This document shows, one piece after another, positions 24,719 to 34,634 of a stretch of 64,000 nt of DNA. A program made the translations under genes and the position numbers. How positions within the stretch are numbered: the first letter of the stretch is position 1; each line of letters starts with the position of its first letter. The stretch comes from Bacteroidota bacterium (GTDB lineage Bacteria > Bacteroidota > Bacteroidia > Bacteroidales > SKPS01). The notes beneath the pieces were generated by a model. That model ran no database searches. It saw nothing but the letters and a program-made list of their open reading frames with translations, and was not told the origin of the DNA. The stretch spans positions 80,124 through 144,123 of the forward strand of contig JAKLII010000003.1 of assembly GCA_022709695.1 (NCBI GenBank), read 5' to 3'.

Positions 24719-27664
24719 TTACAGTTTTCTCTTGATTTCAACCTCTTCGTAGCTTTCTACGATGTCACCTACCTTGATGTCGTTGAAGTTTTCAATGTTC
24801 AGACCACACTCATAGCCGGCTGATACTTCCTTCACATCATCCTTAAACCGTTTGAGTGATCCAAGCGAACCGGTATACACCACGATTCCATCGCGGATAA
24901 CCCGGATCTTTGAATTCTTGTTGATCTTTCCGTCAAGCACCATACACCCGGCAACAGAACCCACCTTGGTGATTTTAAATACATCACGCACTTCAACGTT
25001 ACTGGTGATTTTCTCCTCAATTTCGGGTGCGAGCATTCCTTCGAGTGCCGATTTGATTTCGTCGATGGCCTGGTAAATCACCGAATAAATGCGGATATCA
25101 ATCTGTTCCTGTTCGGCAAGTTTTCTGGCACTCACTGACGGACGTACCTGGAATGCAACGATAATGGCATCTGATGCCGAAGCCAGCATCACATCTGTTT
25201 CAGAAACAGCACCTACCGACTTGTGGATTACATTCACCTGGGCTTCTGCGGTGGAGAGTTTCAGGAGGGAATCGGAAAGAGCCTCCACAGAACCATCCAC
25301 ATCTCCTTTAACAATGATATTAAGTTCCCTGAAGTCACCAATAGCAATCCGTCGTCCGATCTCATCAAGGGTAATATGTTTCTGGGTACGGATCCCCTGC
25401 TCACGCTGCAGCTGCAGACGCTTGTTGGCGATCGCCTTGGCCTCTTTCTCATCTGACAGTACGTTAAAGATATCACCCGCCTGAGGGGCACCATGCAGAC
25501 CCAGCAATAATACCGGGCTACCCGGTCCTGCTTTCTGGATTCTCTGGTTACGTTCATTATACATCGCCTTAACACGACCGTGATAGCATCCGGCCAGTAC
25601 CACATCACCGGTTTTAAGGGTTCCGTTCTGCACCAGCAGCTTCGCCACGTAGCCCCTCCCTTTGTCGAGGGATGATTCAATTACGGTACCTTCTGCCGGC
25701 CTGGAGAGGTTGCATTTCAGATCGAGAAGTTCTGCTTCCAGCAACACTTTTTCCAGCAGTTCATCCACATTCAGCCCTTGCTTGGCTGAAATATCCTGGC
25801 TCTGGTACTTTCCGCCCCAGTCTTCAACCAACAGGTTCATTCCGGCAAGCTGTTCCTTCACTTTTTCAGGATTTGCGCCTGGTTTGTCAATTTTGTTGAT
25901 GGCAAAAATCAGCGGTACACCTGCTGCCTGTGCATGGTTAATGGCCTCCCTGGTCTGGGGCATCACCTGGTCATCTGCTGCTACCACAATGATAGCGATA
26001 TCGGTAACTTGCGCACCACGGGCACGCATGGCGGTAAATGCCTCGTGCCCCGGTGTATCCAGAAAGGTAATTTTCTTACCGTTTTCCAACCTTACTTCAT
26101 AGGCTCCGATATGCTGGGTAATTCCACCTGCTTCACCGGCAATCACGTTGGTTTTCCGGATATAATCGAGCAATGAGGTTTTTCCGTGGTCAACATGGCC
26201 CATCACTGTTACAATCGGGTGCCTGGGCATAAGATCATCGGGATGATCTTCGAATTTTTCAATAGCTTCCTGCACCTCAATACTCACAAACTCCACCTTG
26301 TAACCAAACTCATCTGCTACAATGGTAAGGGTTTCTGCATCAAGCCGCTGATTGATGGACACAAACATCCCCAATGCCATACAGGTGGAAATAATATCAT
26401 TCACATCCACGTTCATCAGGCTGGCCAGCTCCTTCACGGTAACGAATTCGGTAACCTGGATGATCTTTTGCCCTTCTTCCTCTTTCTGACGCTGGATCTC
26501 CAGGTTTTGATGGATAATCTCCCTTTTCTGACGCCGCAGCTTGGAGCTTTTCGATTTTCCGGTTGGGGTAAGCCTGGCAAGGGTTTCCTTAATCTGTTTC
26601 TGGATATCCTCCTCACTTGCCAGGGTTTTTACCTCCTGTTTCTTTTTGGTGATCAGTTTGGCCTTTTTTGCCGGTTGCGAAGTATCCTTCACATCCGGTA
26701 ACCGTGTAGCACCTGCCTTGATCCGTTTACGCTTCTTCTTGCCACCTTCAACAGGGGTATCATCATCACTCGAAGCAACGGGTGCTTTTTTATCGATCTT
26801 TTTGATTTTCTTCACCGGTGACGGAAGTTCCATTTTACCCAGAATGGTGGGGCCGGTAAGTTTTTCAACACGGGTTTCCAGAAAATCAACATCCGGTTGC
26901 TTTTTCGTAACTGGTGCTTCCGGAGTTACTTCAGGCCCGGTTGTCAGCACCGGAGCGGGCTCAGGTATCTCTTCTGCCGGGGTTACCGGGGTTTCCACCT
27001 CAGGGGCAACGACAGGCGTTTCCTGCTTGTCTGCTGTCTTTGCCTTGGCTTTTCTCTGCTTTTCCTCTTCACGCTTTTTGCGCAGCTCTTCTTCTTTCTG
27101 TTCTTTGGATTTGCGCGGAGGTTTCGTCCGAAGGTTCAGGCTATCAAGATCTATCGATCCATGCACCACCAACCCACCAACCAGTTCAACCGGCTGGTCT
27201 TCTGTTTTCACGACCTCTTCTTCCTCGACTTCAAGGGGCTTTTCATCAGGCTTAACAGCTTCAGGCTCAAGTGCTTTTTCTACAACCTCCACCTTGGGAG
27301 CCACTGGCTTTTTCTCCGTTTTTTTTGCAGAAGTCTTTTTTGCATCTGCAGCAGACTTCTTCAGCAGGTCATCCAGGGTAATCTCTTCCGAAGATTCCTC
27401 CTGCCTGGGAGGCAGTTTATCTTCAATGCTGATGGTCTCAAGCTTTGCATGCTCAAGCCCGACCTTGATAGATTCCTCCTTGGCACTTTTCTCCTGCGAA
27501 TACTCCTTCTGAATCAGGGTATACATTTCTGTAGAAAGCTTTGCGTTGGGCGAGCTTTCAACAGAATACCCTTTTTTCGACAGGAAATCAATGATGGTGG
27601 TGGTACCAATGTTGAATTCCTTTGCTACTTTGCTTAATCGTATTCCGGTATTTGCTTCTGACAT
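24719..27664 (-). CDS. infB: Translation initiation factor IF-2
   Basis: GTPase core (VTVMGHVDHGKTSLLD, DTPGHEAF, NKID). A K/E/P-rich N-terminal region. Start placed at ATG 27664 (MSEANTGIRLSKVAKEFNIG). Confidence 0.95.
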   Translation of the reverse strand: MSEANTGIRLSKVAKEFNIGTTTIIDFLSKKGYSVESSPNAKLSTEMYTLIQKEYSQEKSAKEESIKVGLEHAKLETISIEDKLPPRQEESSEEITLDDLLKKSAADAKKTSAKKTEKKPVAPKVEVVEKALEPEAVKPDEKPLEVEEEEVVKTEDQPVELVGGLVVHGSIDLDSLNLRTKPPRKSKEQKEEELRKKREEEKQRKAKAKTADKQETPVVAPEVETPVTPAEEIPEPAPVLTTGPEVTPEAPVTKKQPDVDFLETRVEKLTGPTILGKMELPSPVKKIKKIDKKAPVASSDDDTPVEGGKKKRKRIKAGATRLPDVKDTSQPAKKAKLITKKKQEVKTLASEEDIQKQIKETLARLTPTGKSKSSKLRRQKREIIHQNLEIQRQKEEEGQKIIQVTEFVTVKELASLMNVDVNDIISTCMALGMFVSINQRLDAETLTIVADEFGYKVEFVSIEVQEAIEKFEDHPDDLMPRHPIVTVMGHVDHGKTSLLDYIRKTNVIAGEAGGITQHIGAYEVRLENGKKITFLDTPGHEAFTAMRARGAQVTDIAIIVVAADDQVMPQTREAINHAQAAGVPLIFAINKIDKPGANPEKVKEQLAGMNLLVEDWGGKYQSQDISAKQGLNVDELLEKVLLEAELLDLKCNLSRPAEGTVIESSLDKGRGYVAKLLVQNGTLKTGDVVLAGCYHGRVKAMYNERNQRIQKAGPGSPVLLLGLHGAPQAGDIFNVLSDEKEAKAIANKRLQLQREQGIRTQKHITLDEIGRRIAIGDFRELNIIVKGDVDGSVEALSDSLLKLSTAEAQVNVIHKSVGAVSETDVMLASASDAIIVAFQVRPSVSARKLAEQEQIDIRIYSVIYQAIDEIKSALEGMLAPEIEEKITSNVEVRDVFKITKVGSVAGCMVLDGKINKNSKIRVIRDGIVVYTGSLGSLKRFKDDVKEVSAGYECGLNIENFNDIKVGDIVESYEEVEIKRKL

Positions 27665-27739
27665 ATTACTGTTTTTCTCCCCTGTCAAATGTTCTAGTGT
27701 TGGTCCTGACCATTCCTTCACAAAGAAGGAAGAACCGGA

Positions 27740-28975
27740 CTATTCAAATTCGGCTTTCAGGATTTTTATCACCTCTTTCACCGTTTCTTCTTCCAGATCG
27801 GTACGCTTAACCAGTTCATCCATCGGGATCTCAAGAACGCTTTTGGCGGTGTCACAACCGATTTTTCTGAACTGTTCGATGATCCACTCGTCGATTTCGT
27901 CTACAAATTCACCAAGATCCACATCATCGGTATCCATATCGCTGTCGTGATACACATCTATTTCATATCCTGTAAGTTTACCGGCGAGTTTGATGTTATG
28001 TCCCCCTTTGCCAATGGCAAGCGATACCTGATCGGGTTTCATATACACACTGGCCCGTTTGTTGGCCTCGTCAAGTTCAATACGGGTGATTTTTGCCGGG
28101 CTCAGGGCTCTTGTAATATAGAGGGTAGAGTTGGTAGTAAAGTTGATCACATCGATATTCTCGTTGCGTAACTCCCTTACAATGCCGTGGATACGGCTAC
28201 CTTTCATCCCAACACAGGCACCCACGGGGTCAATACGGTCATCATACGATTCAACGGCTACCTTGGCGCGTTCACCAGGCTCCCTGACAATCATTTTTAT
28301 GGTAATCAGACCATCATATACCTCAGGAACTTCCTGTTCAAAAAGCCTTTCAAGAAATACAGGTGAGGTTCTTGAAAGGATAATGCTGGGATTGTTATTC
28401 TTGATATCTACTTTCAGCACGATGGACCTTACGGCGTCTCCCTTACGGAAAAAATCAGAAGGGATCTGTTCCTGCTTGGGCATGATCAGCTCAATCCCTT
28501 CATCATCAAGCACCAGCATCTCCTTCTTCCAGATCTGGTATACCTCTCCGGTAATGATCTCACCAATCTTGTCCTTATATTTCTTGTACACGTTGTCTTT
28601 TTCGTATTCCTGCACCTTCGACACCAGGTTCTGCCGGATGGTCAGAATCTCTCTCCTGCCAAAATCGGTGATTTTTACCTCTTCAGAAACCTCCTCCCCT
28701 ATTTCAAAGTCGGGTTCAATTTTGATGGCTTCAGAGTATTCAATTTCCCGGTTATCATCCTCAACGGCACCATCCTCCACCACCATCCGGTTTCTCCAGA
28801 TTTCAAGGTCGCCCTTATCAATGTTCACAATGATGTCGAAATTGTCATCAGATCCATACTTTTTAATCAGCATGTGCCTGAAGACCTCCTCCAGAATCCT
28901 CATCATAGTGGCCCTGTCGATGTTCTTGAATTCCTTGAATTCCGAAAATGATTCAACCAATTTTAAATTTTCCAT
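27740..28975 (-). CDS. nusA: Transcription termination/antitermination factor NusA
   Basis: 411 aa. S1 and KH domains (GACVGMKGSRI, AIGKGGHNIKLA). Confidence 0.95.
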   Translation of the reverse strand: MENLKLVESFSEFKEFKNIDRATMMRILEEVFRHMLIKKYGSDDNFDIIVNIDKGDLEIWRNRMVVEDGAVEDDNREIEYSEAIKIEPDFEIGEEVSEEVKITDFGRREILTIRQNLVSKVQEYEKDNVYKKYKDKIGEIITGEVYQIWKKEMLVLDDEGIELIMPKQEQIPSDFFRKGDAVRSIVLKVDIKNNNPSIILSRTSPVFLERLFEQEVPEVYDGLITIKMIVREPGERAKVAVESYDDRIDPVGACVGMKGSRIHGIVRELRNENIDVINFTTNSTLYITRALSPAKITRIELDEANKRASVYMKPDQVSLAIGKGGHNIKLAGKLTGYEIDVYHDSDMDTDDVDLGEFVDEIDEWIIEQFRKIGCDTAKSVLEIPMDELVKRTDLEEETVKEVIKILKAEFE

Positions 28976-29026
28976 AGTCTTTTTCTGATCTGTATGCGTT
29001 TCAGGGTTGTATCTTTAATAGTAGGA

Positions 29027-29488
29027 TTAAAACTCAACTTCAATAACTGCCTTGCTGATACTGGTGTAAGGAAGGCGGATGTTTTGCGGGGATTCGGATT
29101 TCGAACCCCCTTTTTTCCCTTTCGGAGGAACGGTTTCCAGATCAACACCCGTTTCGTCGGCCCCTTTGATCCTTCCACGTATCACCTCCTGTTCATGGGT
29201 GGTTACATGCAGCAATCTGCCGGCGTTTTTGGCGTATTGCCTGGGCAGTAACAATGGATTTCCCACACCATAGGAGGCCACCTCAAGGGAATAATCCTCG
29301 GTATCACGGTCCAGGTGTTGTTCAATATGCCTGCTCAAACGGGTGCAATCGGCAATGGTGAAGCCACTGTCTCCATCCATCAGCACGGTAATCTGCCCCG
29401 ACGATGTTACCGAAAGCTCCACCAGAAACCTGTCGGTTCCGTCTGTGAATCTTTCGATGATTTCCCTTAAAAGCTCTTCTTTTACCAT
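29027..29488 (-). CDS. rimP: Ribosome maturation factor RimP
   Basis: Its position upstream of nusA and the family-like sequence support RimP. I prefer ATG 29488 (MVKEELL) because the TTG at 29497 lies inside the TATTTTTG box. Confidence 0.88.
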   Translation of the reverse strand: MVKEELLREIIERFTDGTDRFLVELSVTSSGQITVLMDGDSGFTIADCTRLSRHIEQHLDRDTEDYSLEVASYGVGNPLLLPRQYAKNAGRLLHVTTHEQEVIRGRIKGADETGVDLETVPPKGKKGGSKSESPQNIRLPYTSISKAVIEVEF

Positions 29489-29494
29489 TATATT

Positions 29495-29502
29495 CAAAAA
29501 TA
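29495..29502 (-). promoter_or_regulatory. Bacteroidota -7 promoter box (TATTTTTG) 6 nt upstream of the rimP ATG
   Basis: Exact TAnnTTTG match. It coincides with the U-tract of the upstream terminator hairpin. Confidence 0.3.
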
Positions 29503-29521
29503 AAGGGGACTGTAAGTCCCC
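29496..29521 (-). terminator. Intrinsic terminator or attenuator between tRNA-Gln and rimP
   Basis: The minus strand reads GGGGACT-TAC-AGTCCCC (7-bp stem, 3-nt loop, 29505-29521) followed by TTTATTTTT. Confidence 0.55.
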
Positions 29522-29587
29522 GCCATTCTGTTCCTTACCCCATCTGGCTGCAATCCTGCACCGTATGCCGGGTTGCTTGCGTTTGTG

Positions 29588-29658
29588 TTGTCCGACCAGG
29601 ATTCGAACCTAGACAGGCAGAACCAAAATCTGCAGTGCTACCATTACACCATCGGACA
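29588..29658 (-). tRNA. tRNA-Gln (anticodon TTG)
   Basis: Cloverleaf folded by hand. Acceptor TGTCCGA/TCGGACA. D arm GTGT-AATGGTA-GCAC. Anticodon arm GCAGA-TTTTGGT-TCTGC. T arm CTAGG-TTCGAAT-CCTGG. Discriminator A. No encoded CCA. Confidence 0.9.
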
Positions 29659-29676
29659 GTCACACAAATGGTGGCG

Positions 29677-29684
29677 CAAAAGTA
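29677..29684 (-). promoter_or_regulatory. Bacteroidota -7 promoter box (TACTTTTG) for tRNA-Gln
   Basis: Exact TAnnTTTG match 18 nt upstream of the mature tRNA 5' end. Confidence 0.4.
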
Positions 29685-29848
29685 ATAATTATTTCTCTCC
29701 AAACAACAAAACGGGCAGTTCTTGCCCCTAAGTGGGCAGAATAGATACGTCCATTGGTTAAATTATTATCTTCGTAGCCGCATTTCTGACGGAAAACTGC
29801 CAGAACCATTCCGGCAGAAATGTATCAACAGAAGTAAACCTGCGTACT

Positions 29849-32800
29849 ATGAATTACAAAAAACTTAACATCATCCTCGGATGGGTCGTTTTTGTGGTAG
29901 CGGCAGTTGTGTACATGCTCACTGCCGAGCGCACCACCAGTTTCTGGGATTGCGGTGAATATATTGCCACCGCCTACAAGCTTCAGGTAGGTCACCCTCC
30001 GGGAGCTCCGTTTTTTCAATTAATGGGCCGGTTTTTCAGCCTATTTGCCTTTGGCGATGTGACCAAGGTTGCCCTGATGATCAACTATATGTCGGCGCTG
30101 GCAAGTGCATTTACCATCCTGTTCCTGTTCTGGTCCATTACCTACCTGGCCAAGAAAATGATCCACAAACAAGGTGATGGTGAACTTACGGATGCTAAAA
30201 TTTTTGCCATTCTTGGCAGTGGTCTGGTCGGCTCGCTGGCTTACACATTCTCCGATTCATTCTGGTTTTCGGCTGTTGAGGGTGAAGTATATGCCATGTC
30301 CTCCTTCTTTACTGCCATTGTATTCTGGGCGATGCTCAGATGGGAAGCAGTGGCCGATGAGAAGCACTCCCTCCGCTGGCTGATCTTCATTGCTTACCTG
30401 ATGGGCTTGTCTATTGGTGTTCACTTGCTGAACCTCCTGGCAATTCCTGCCATCGCCATGATCTATTACTTCAGGAAATATACCGTGACCTGGAAAGGAA
30501 CTGTGGTTGCCTTTATCGTGGGTATTGCCATTCTGGGTTTTATACAAATGGGCCTTATCCCTTTGATTCCGAGCCTTGCAGGATTATTCGAGAGGATTTT
30601 TGTCAATGGCTTCAGCCTCCCTTTCAACACCGGATCGATTATTTACTTTGCACTTATTATCGGGGCTGTCATCTGGGGTATCAGGTATACCCACCGCAAG
30701 GGTAAAGTGATTCTCAATACGGTAATTCTGTCTTTTACAGTGTTGATGATCGGTTACTCATCCTTCTTTGTGCTCGTAATCCGTTCAAATGCCAATACCC
30801 CGATCGACGAAAACAACCCCGAAAACGCCATCAGCCTTCTGGCCTACCTGAACCGTGAACAATACGGCACATGGCCTCTGCTGAGCGGCTATTACTACAA
30901 CGCACCCATGACCGGTTCCGAAAACGGAAGCCCTGTATATACCAAGAAGTACGTCGTCTATCAGGATAAAGCTGAAGCTGCTTCATTTTTCGATCGTGCC
31001 CAGGCTGATGCCTTTGCCAAAGAAAAAGGGGGCAGGGTAAAAGGGAGATATGTGGTTACCGATGAAAAAATCGGAACAGAACCCCAGTATGATGAGCGGT
31101 TTAAAACAGCATTCCCGCGCATGTGGAGCCAGCAGCGGTCGCATCATAAAACGGCCTACCAGGAATGGGCTCACAAGAATAAAGGGGAGCGTGTACAGGT
31201 TGGGGGAACCCCCGAAAAGCCCGAAGTAACCTATGTGCCTACGATGGGCGAAAACCTCTCTTTCTTCTTCAAGTACCAGATCGGTCATATGTACATCCGC
31301 TACTTTATGTGGAATTTTTCGGGTCGGCAGAACGATATCCAGGGGCATGGAAATCCACTTAATGGCAATTGGATTACAGGCATAAAAGCCTTTGACAAGG
31401 CCCTGGTGGGACCTCAGGATAATCTGCCCGACAGCCTTACGGATAATAAAGGTACCAATAAATTCTTTCTGCTGCCACTGCTGCTGGGAATTATCGGACT
31501 GGTGTTCCACTCTTCATCCAATTACAGGGACAGCATTGTAGTGGGTTTGTTGTTTCTGATGACAGGACTTGCCATTGTGGTCTACCTCAACCAGTACCCC
31601 TACCAGCCCCGCGAAAGGGATTATTCCTATGCCGCATCCTTCTATGCGTTTGCCATCTGGATTGGTCTGGGGATCATAGGGCTCCTCCAATGGATTGATA
31701 AGCAGTTGAAAAACAAATATATACCAATAGCCATAACCGCAGCTCTCCTGCTTCTGGTACCCGGAATTATGGCCAAAGAGGGATGGGATGATCACGACAG
31801 GTCCACCAAACGGCTTGCCCTCGAAGTGGCCAAAAACTACCTTGAAGCCTGCAGAAAAAATGGTGTGGTATTTACCAATGGCGATAACGATACATTCCCC
31901 CTTTGGTATGCCCAGGAGGTGGAAGGGGTACGTACTGATGTGAAAGTGGTGAATCTTAGCCTTTTCAATACCGATTGGTATGTGGAACAATCGGTCAGGA
32001 AAACCTATGAGGCACCCGGCATTCCGATCTCTTTTACCAAAGATCAATACATACAGGGAAGCCGCGATTTTATCTTTATCCTCAATCCAACAGAACCCGG
32101 AAATAACAGAAGTCCCCAGGCCATCATCACCTTCCTGCTCGATAAAATCGTAGCCAGGGATGCCGACCTGTATCAGGGTGCCGTTACGGAAGTCCGCAAT
32201 AACCTTACTTCCATCATCGCAGGTTCCAGATTGCCTCAGCTTCATCCGTCAGATTATAAGAAACTTACAGATGGATCTCTGCCATTTTCCCAAATCCTGA
32301 ATTTCATCAATACCAGAGCTGCAGAACAGAACCGTGCCCAGAACGACCAATTGGGACTGAGTACCGATCTCTTCAAGGAACTGGCAAAATCAAGCCAGCA
32401 GATCACCAACCGGATTGTCAATGGATATATCGACCTCGACCTGCTGATGGATTTTGTAAAGAGCAATGATCCCAATACCAAGGTTATGGGCAACAGCGGA
32501 AGGCTCATGGAGTACTTCCCCACCAATAAAATCCGTATCAAAGTCGATTCGGCAAAAGTGGTGGAGAGTGGCCTTGTACCCCTGGCCGATGCCGGAAAGA
32601 TTGAGAAATACATCGAATGGGAAATCAACGATCGCGGAATCCAGAAAAACCATGTGATGATGCTCGACTTCCTGGCAGCAAACAACTGGGAACGACCTGT
32701 ACATTTTGCCATTACAACCGGAGATGATATGTATCTGAACCTGATGCAGTGGTTCCGTCACGATGGGATGGTGTACACGCTGGTACCCGTAAAATATACG

Positions 32801-33346
32801 GGCGAGCCCCTGTTCCTGTATACCATGATGGCACATGGCACCACCAATACCAGTATACTTTGGGATAACCTGATGAATAAATACGATTATGCGACCCTCA
32901 AGGTTCCCAATGTGTACTATGACGAAACAGCCCGCAGACCCCTGGTGAGCTATCGCAACAACTTTACAAGGCTGGCCAATGCATTGATTGAAGAGGGGAA
33001 AAAGGATTCTGCCCGTACAGTGATAAACCGCTGTATGGAATTGATTCCCGAATCGGTGCTGAAGTATGATGCTGCCATGATCCCGATTGTTAAGGCTTGT
33101 TTCGAAGCCGGGGACTCAGTTCGGGGAGCTTCACTAGCCAGTAAGCTTCTGGATATGAATGAGAAAGAGTTTAAATACTACATGACCTTCGATTCCAGGA
33201 GAAAAGCAGTGCTGGGTAACGAAATCACCAACCTTTACCGTACCACCTACTTTTTAAATGATATTCTTCAGAAAAATAACCAGAATGCCCTCGCCGAGAA
33301 GGGGAAAGCCCTGTTCTCGATGATCGGGCCATATGTACAGCAGTAA
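29849..33346 (+). CDS. DUF2723-type large polytopic glycosyltransferase-like membrane protein (GT-C fold)
   Basis: 1165 aa. The N-terminus AERTTSFWDCGEYIATAYKLQVGHPPGAPFF matches my recollection of the DUF2723 family. Multiple TM helices are followed by a large soluble C-terminal region. Confidence 0.8.
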   Translation: MNYKKLNIILGWVVFVVAAVVYMLTAERTTSFWDCGEYIATAYKLQVGHPPGAPFFQLMGRFFSLFAFGDVTKVALMINYMSALASAFTILFLFWSITYLAKKMIHKQGDGELTDAKIFAILGSGLVGSLAYTFSDSFWFSAVEGEVYAMSSFFTAIVFWAMLRWEAVADEKHSLRWLIFIAYLMGLSIGVHLLNLLAIPAIAMIYYFRKYTVTWKGTVVAFIVGIAILGFIQMGLIPLIPSLAGLFERIFVNGFSLPFNTGSIIYFALIIGAVIWGIRYTHRKGKVILNTVILSFTVLMIGYSSFFVLVIRSNANTPIDENNPENAISLLAYLNREQYGTWPLLSGYYYNAPMTGSENGSPVYTKKYVVYQDKAEAASFFDRAQADAFAKEKGGRVKGRYVVTDEKIGTEPQYDERFKTAFPRMWSQQRSHHKTAYQEWAHKNKGERVQVGGTPEKPEVTYVPTMGENLSFFFKYQIGHMYIRYFMWNFSGRQNDIQGHGNPLNGNWITGIKAFDKALVGPQDNLPDSLTDNKGTNKFFLLPLLLGIIGLVFHSSSNYRDSIVVGLLFLMTGLAIVVYLNQYPYQPRERDYSYAASFYAFAIWIGLGIIGLLQWIDKQLKNKYIPIAITAALLLLVPGIMAKEGWDDHDRSTKRLALEVAKNYLEACRKNGVVFTNGDNDTFPLWYAQEVEGVRTDVKVVNLSLFNTDWYVEQSVRKTYEAPGIPISFTKDQYIQGSRDFIFILNPTEPGNNRSPQAIITFLLDKIVARDADLYQGAVTEVRNNLTSIIAGSRLPQLHPSDYKKLTDGSLPFSQILNFINTRAAEQNRAQNDQLGLSTDLFKELAKSSQQITNRIVNGYIDLDLLMDFVKSNDPNTKVMGNSGRLMEYFPTNKIRIKVDSAKVVESGLVPLADAGKIEKYIEWEINDRGIQKNHVMMLDFLAANNWERPVHFAITTGDDMYLNLMQWFRHDGMVYTLVPVKYTGEPLFLYTMMAHGTTNTSILWDNLMNKYDYATLKVPNVYYDETARRPLVSYRNNFTRLANALIEEGKKDSARTVINRCMELIPESVLKYDAAMIPIVKACFEAGDSVRGASLASKLLDMNEKEFKYYMTFDSRRKAVLGNEITNLYRTTYFLNDILQKNNQNALAEKGKALFSMIGPYVQQ

Positions 33347-33435
33347 TTGATAAGACAAGGGCTGCCGGCTTCGATTGTACCCGGAAACAGGTAAAATTCC
33401 AGGTATAATGAACCTGCAGCCCTTTTAATGTTGTT

Positions 33436-34050
33436 ATGTACCGGATCCCACAATGGATTGCCCTCAGGTTTTCGCCCTGGGTAACACTTGCACTTTCAGA
33501 GCATTCTGAGAGCGATGTGTATCTTACGTTTGATGATGGCCCCCATCCGTCCGTAACCCCTGAAATTCTGGCTCTTCTCAACCAGTTTGGTGCCCGGGCC
33601 ACCTTTTTTCCAACCGGAACCGATGCAGCAGCCTACCCCCTTTTAACTGACGCCATCCGGGCTGAAGGGCATACCGTACATCTCCATTCATGGAGCCATA
33701 ACCGAAACGTTTGCAGGTCATTAAAGATTTTAAAGGAAGAGCTGACGCAGTGCCGGTCCATTTCTGAAAGCCGTATCTATCGCCCACCATATGGAAGGTT
33801 TACCATCAGGCAGTGGCTCTGGCTCCGAAAAAACCGGTACCGGATTATCCTCTGGAATGTCAGTACACGCGATTATAATCCAGCCAGTGTTTCAGAAAAA
33901 TGCATCGGTCGTTTTTTGCAAAGGATTAAACCGGGGGATATCATATTGCTTCATAACCAATTGAATTTCAAAGAGAAATCTCTGTTTCTTACCCACAGAA
34001 TCCTCCAGTACCTGACAGAAAAGAACATCTCCTTCGGAAAAATTTCCTGA
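33436..34050 (+). CDS. Polysaccharide deacetylase (NodB homology domain)
   Basis: VYLTFDDGPHP...ATFF...HLHSWSH are NodB motifs. Confidence 0.85.
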   Translation: MYRIPQWIALRFSPWVTLALSEHSESDVYLTFDDGPHPSVTPEILALLNQFGARATFFPTGTDAAAYPLLTDAIRAEGHTVHLHSWSHNRNVCRSLKILKEELTQCRSISESRIYRPPYGRFTIRQWLWLRKNRYRIILWNVSTRDYNPASVSEKCIGRFLQRIKPGDIILLHNQLNFKEKSLFLTHRILQYLTEKNISFGKIS

Positions 34051-34113
34051 GAAATCTCCTTTTTTCGATTCTGAATCAACTATAGGGTAAATTAAACTAA
34101 AGGAGGCCATGTT

Positions 34114-34524
34114 ATGGGAAATGTGAACAAGGTTATTTTGATTGGAAGATTGGGAAAGGATCCTGAAGTAATTCAGTTCGAATCGGGTGGAAAGAAAGTA
34201 GCATTTTCGCTTGCTACCACCGAAGTGTATTACGACAAGGAGCAGCAAAAGAGGGAAATCACCGAGTGGCACAACATTGTGATGTGGAGAGGCCTTGCTG
34301 AAACTGCGGAAAAGTACCTGAAAAAGGGAGACCTTCTGTATGTGGAAGGCAGGATTCGTACCCGGTCATGGGACGATAAGGAGACCCAGCAGAAGAAGTA
34401 TATCACCGAGATTCAGGTGGATACCATGAACATGCTGGGAAGTCCGAAAGCACACCAGAACGGTGCCGATACCGCACTGCTCCAGGTGACAGAAGCCGAT
34501 CAGGGTGGAGATCTCCCGTTCTGA
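34114..34524 (+). CDS. ssb: Single-stranded DNA-binding protein
   Basis: MGNVNKVILIGRLGKDPE..., an OB fold and the acidic tail GGDLPF. Confidence 0.95.
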   Translation: MGNVNKVILIGRLGKDPEVIQFESGGKKVAFSLATTEVYYDKEQQKREITEWHNIVMWRGLAETAEKYLKKGDLLYVEGRIRTRSWDDKETQQKKYITEIQVDTMNMLGSPKAHQNGADTALLQVTEADQGGDLPF

Positions 34525-34602
34525 TGTACCAATGCCGGATACTGGTCAGGTTGATCCGGGAATGACGGTGCATCAAAACCCTTCATCTGAGGTGATTTTG
34601 TA

Positions 34603-34610
34603 TATCTTTG
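34603..34610 (+). promoter_or_regulatory. Bacteroidota -7 promoter box (TATCTTTG) for gldE
   Basis: Exact TAnnTTTG match 24 nt upstream of ATG 34635. It overlaps the TTG start of the ORF-track model at 34608. Confidence 0.4.
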
Positions 34611-34634
34611 CACCTGAATCAATGCAAATCCCCG

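Noticed and set aside
26541-27512. 323-aa plus-strand ORF (S/T/F-rich), with a 246-aa ORF in another frame, antisense to infB
   Set aside because: It lies opposite the K/E/P-rich low-complexity N-terminal region of IF-2. The complement of GAA/AAG-rich codons is naturally stop-poor, and the translation is low-complexity with no recognisable domain.
33357-33424. Long-range 9-bp pairing AAGGGCTGC...GCAGCCCTT followed by TTTTAATG after the DUF2723 gene
   Set aside because: The enclosed loop is about 50 nt with only weak internal pairing, and the T-run is short. It is a possible terminator but too weak to annotate.
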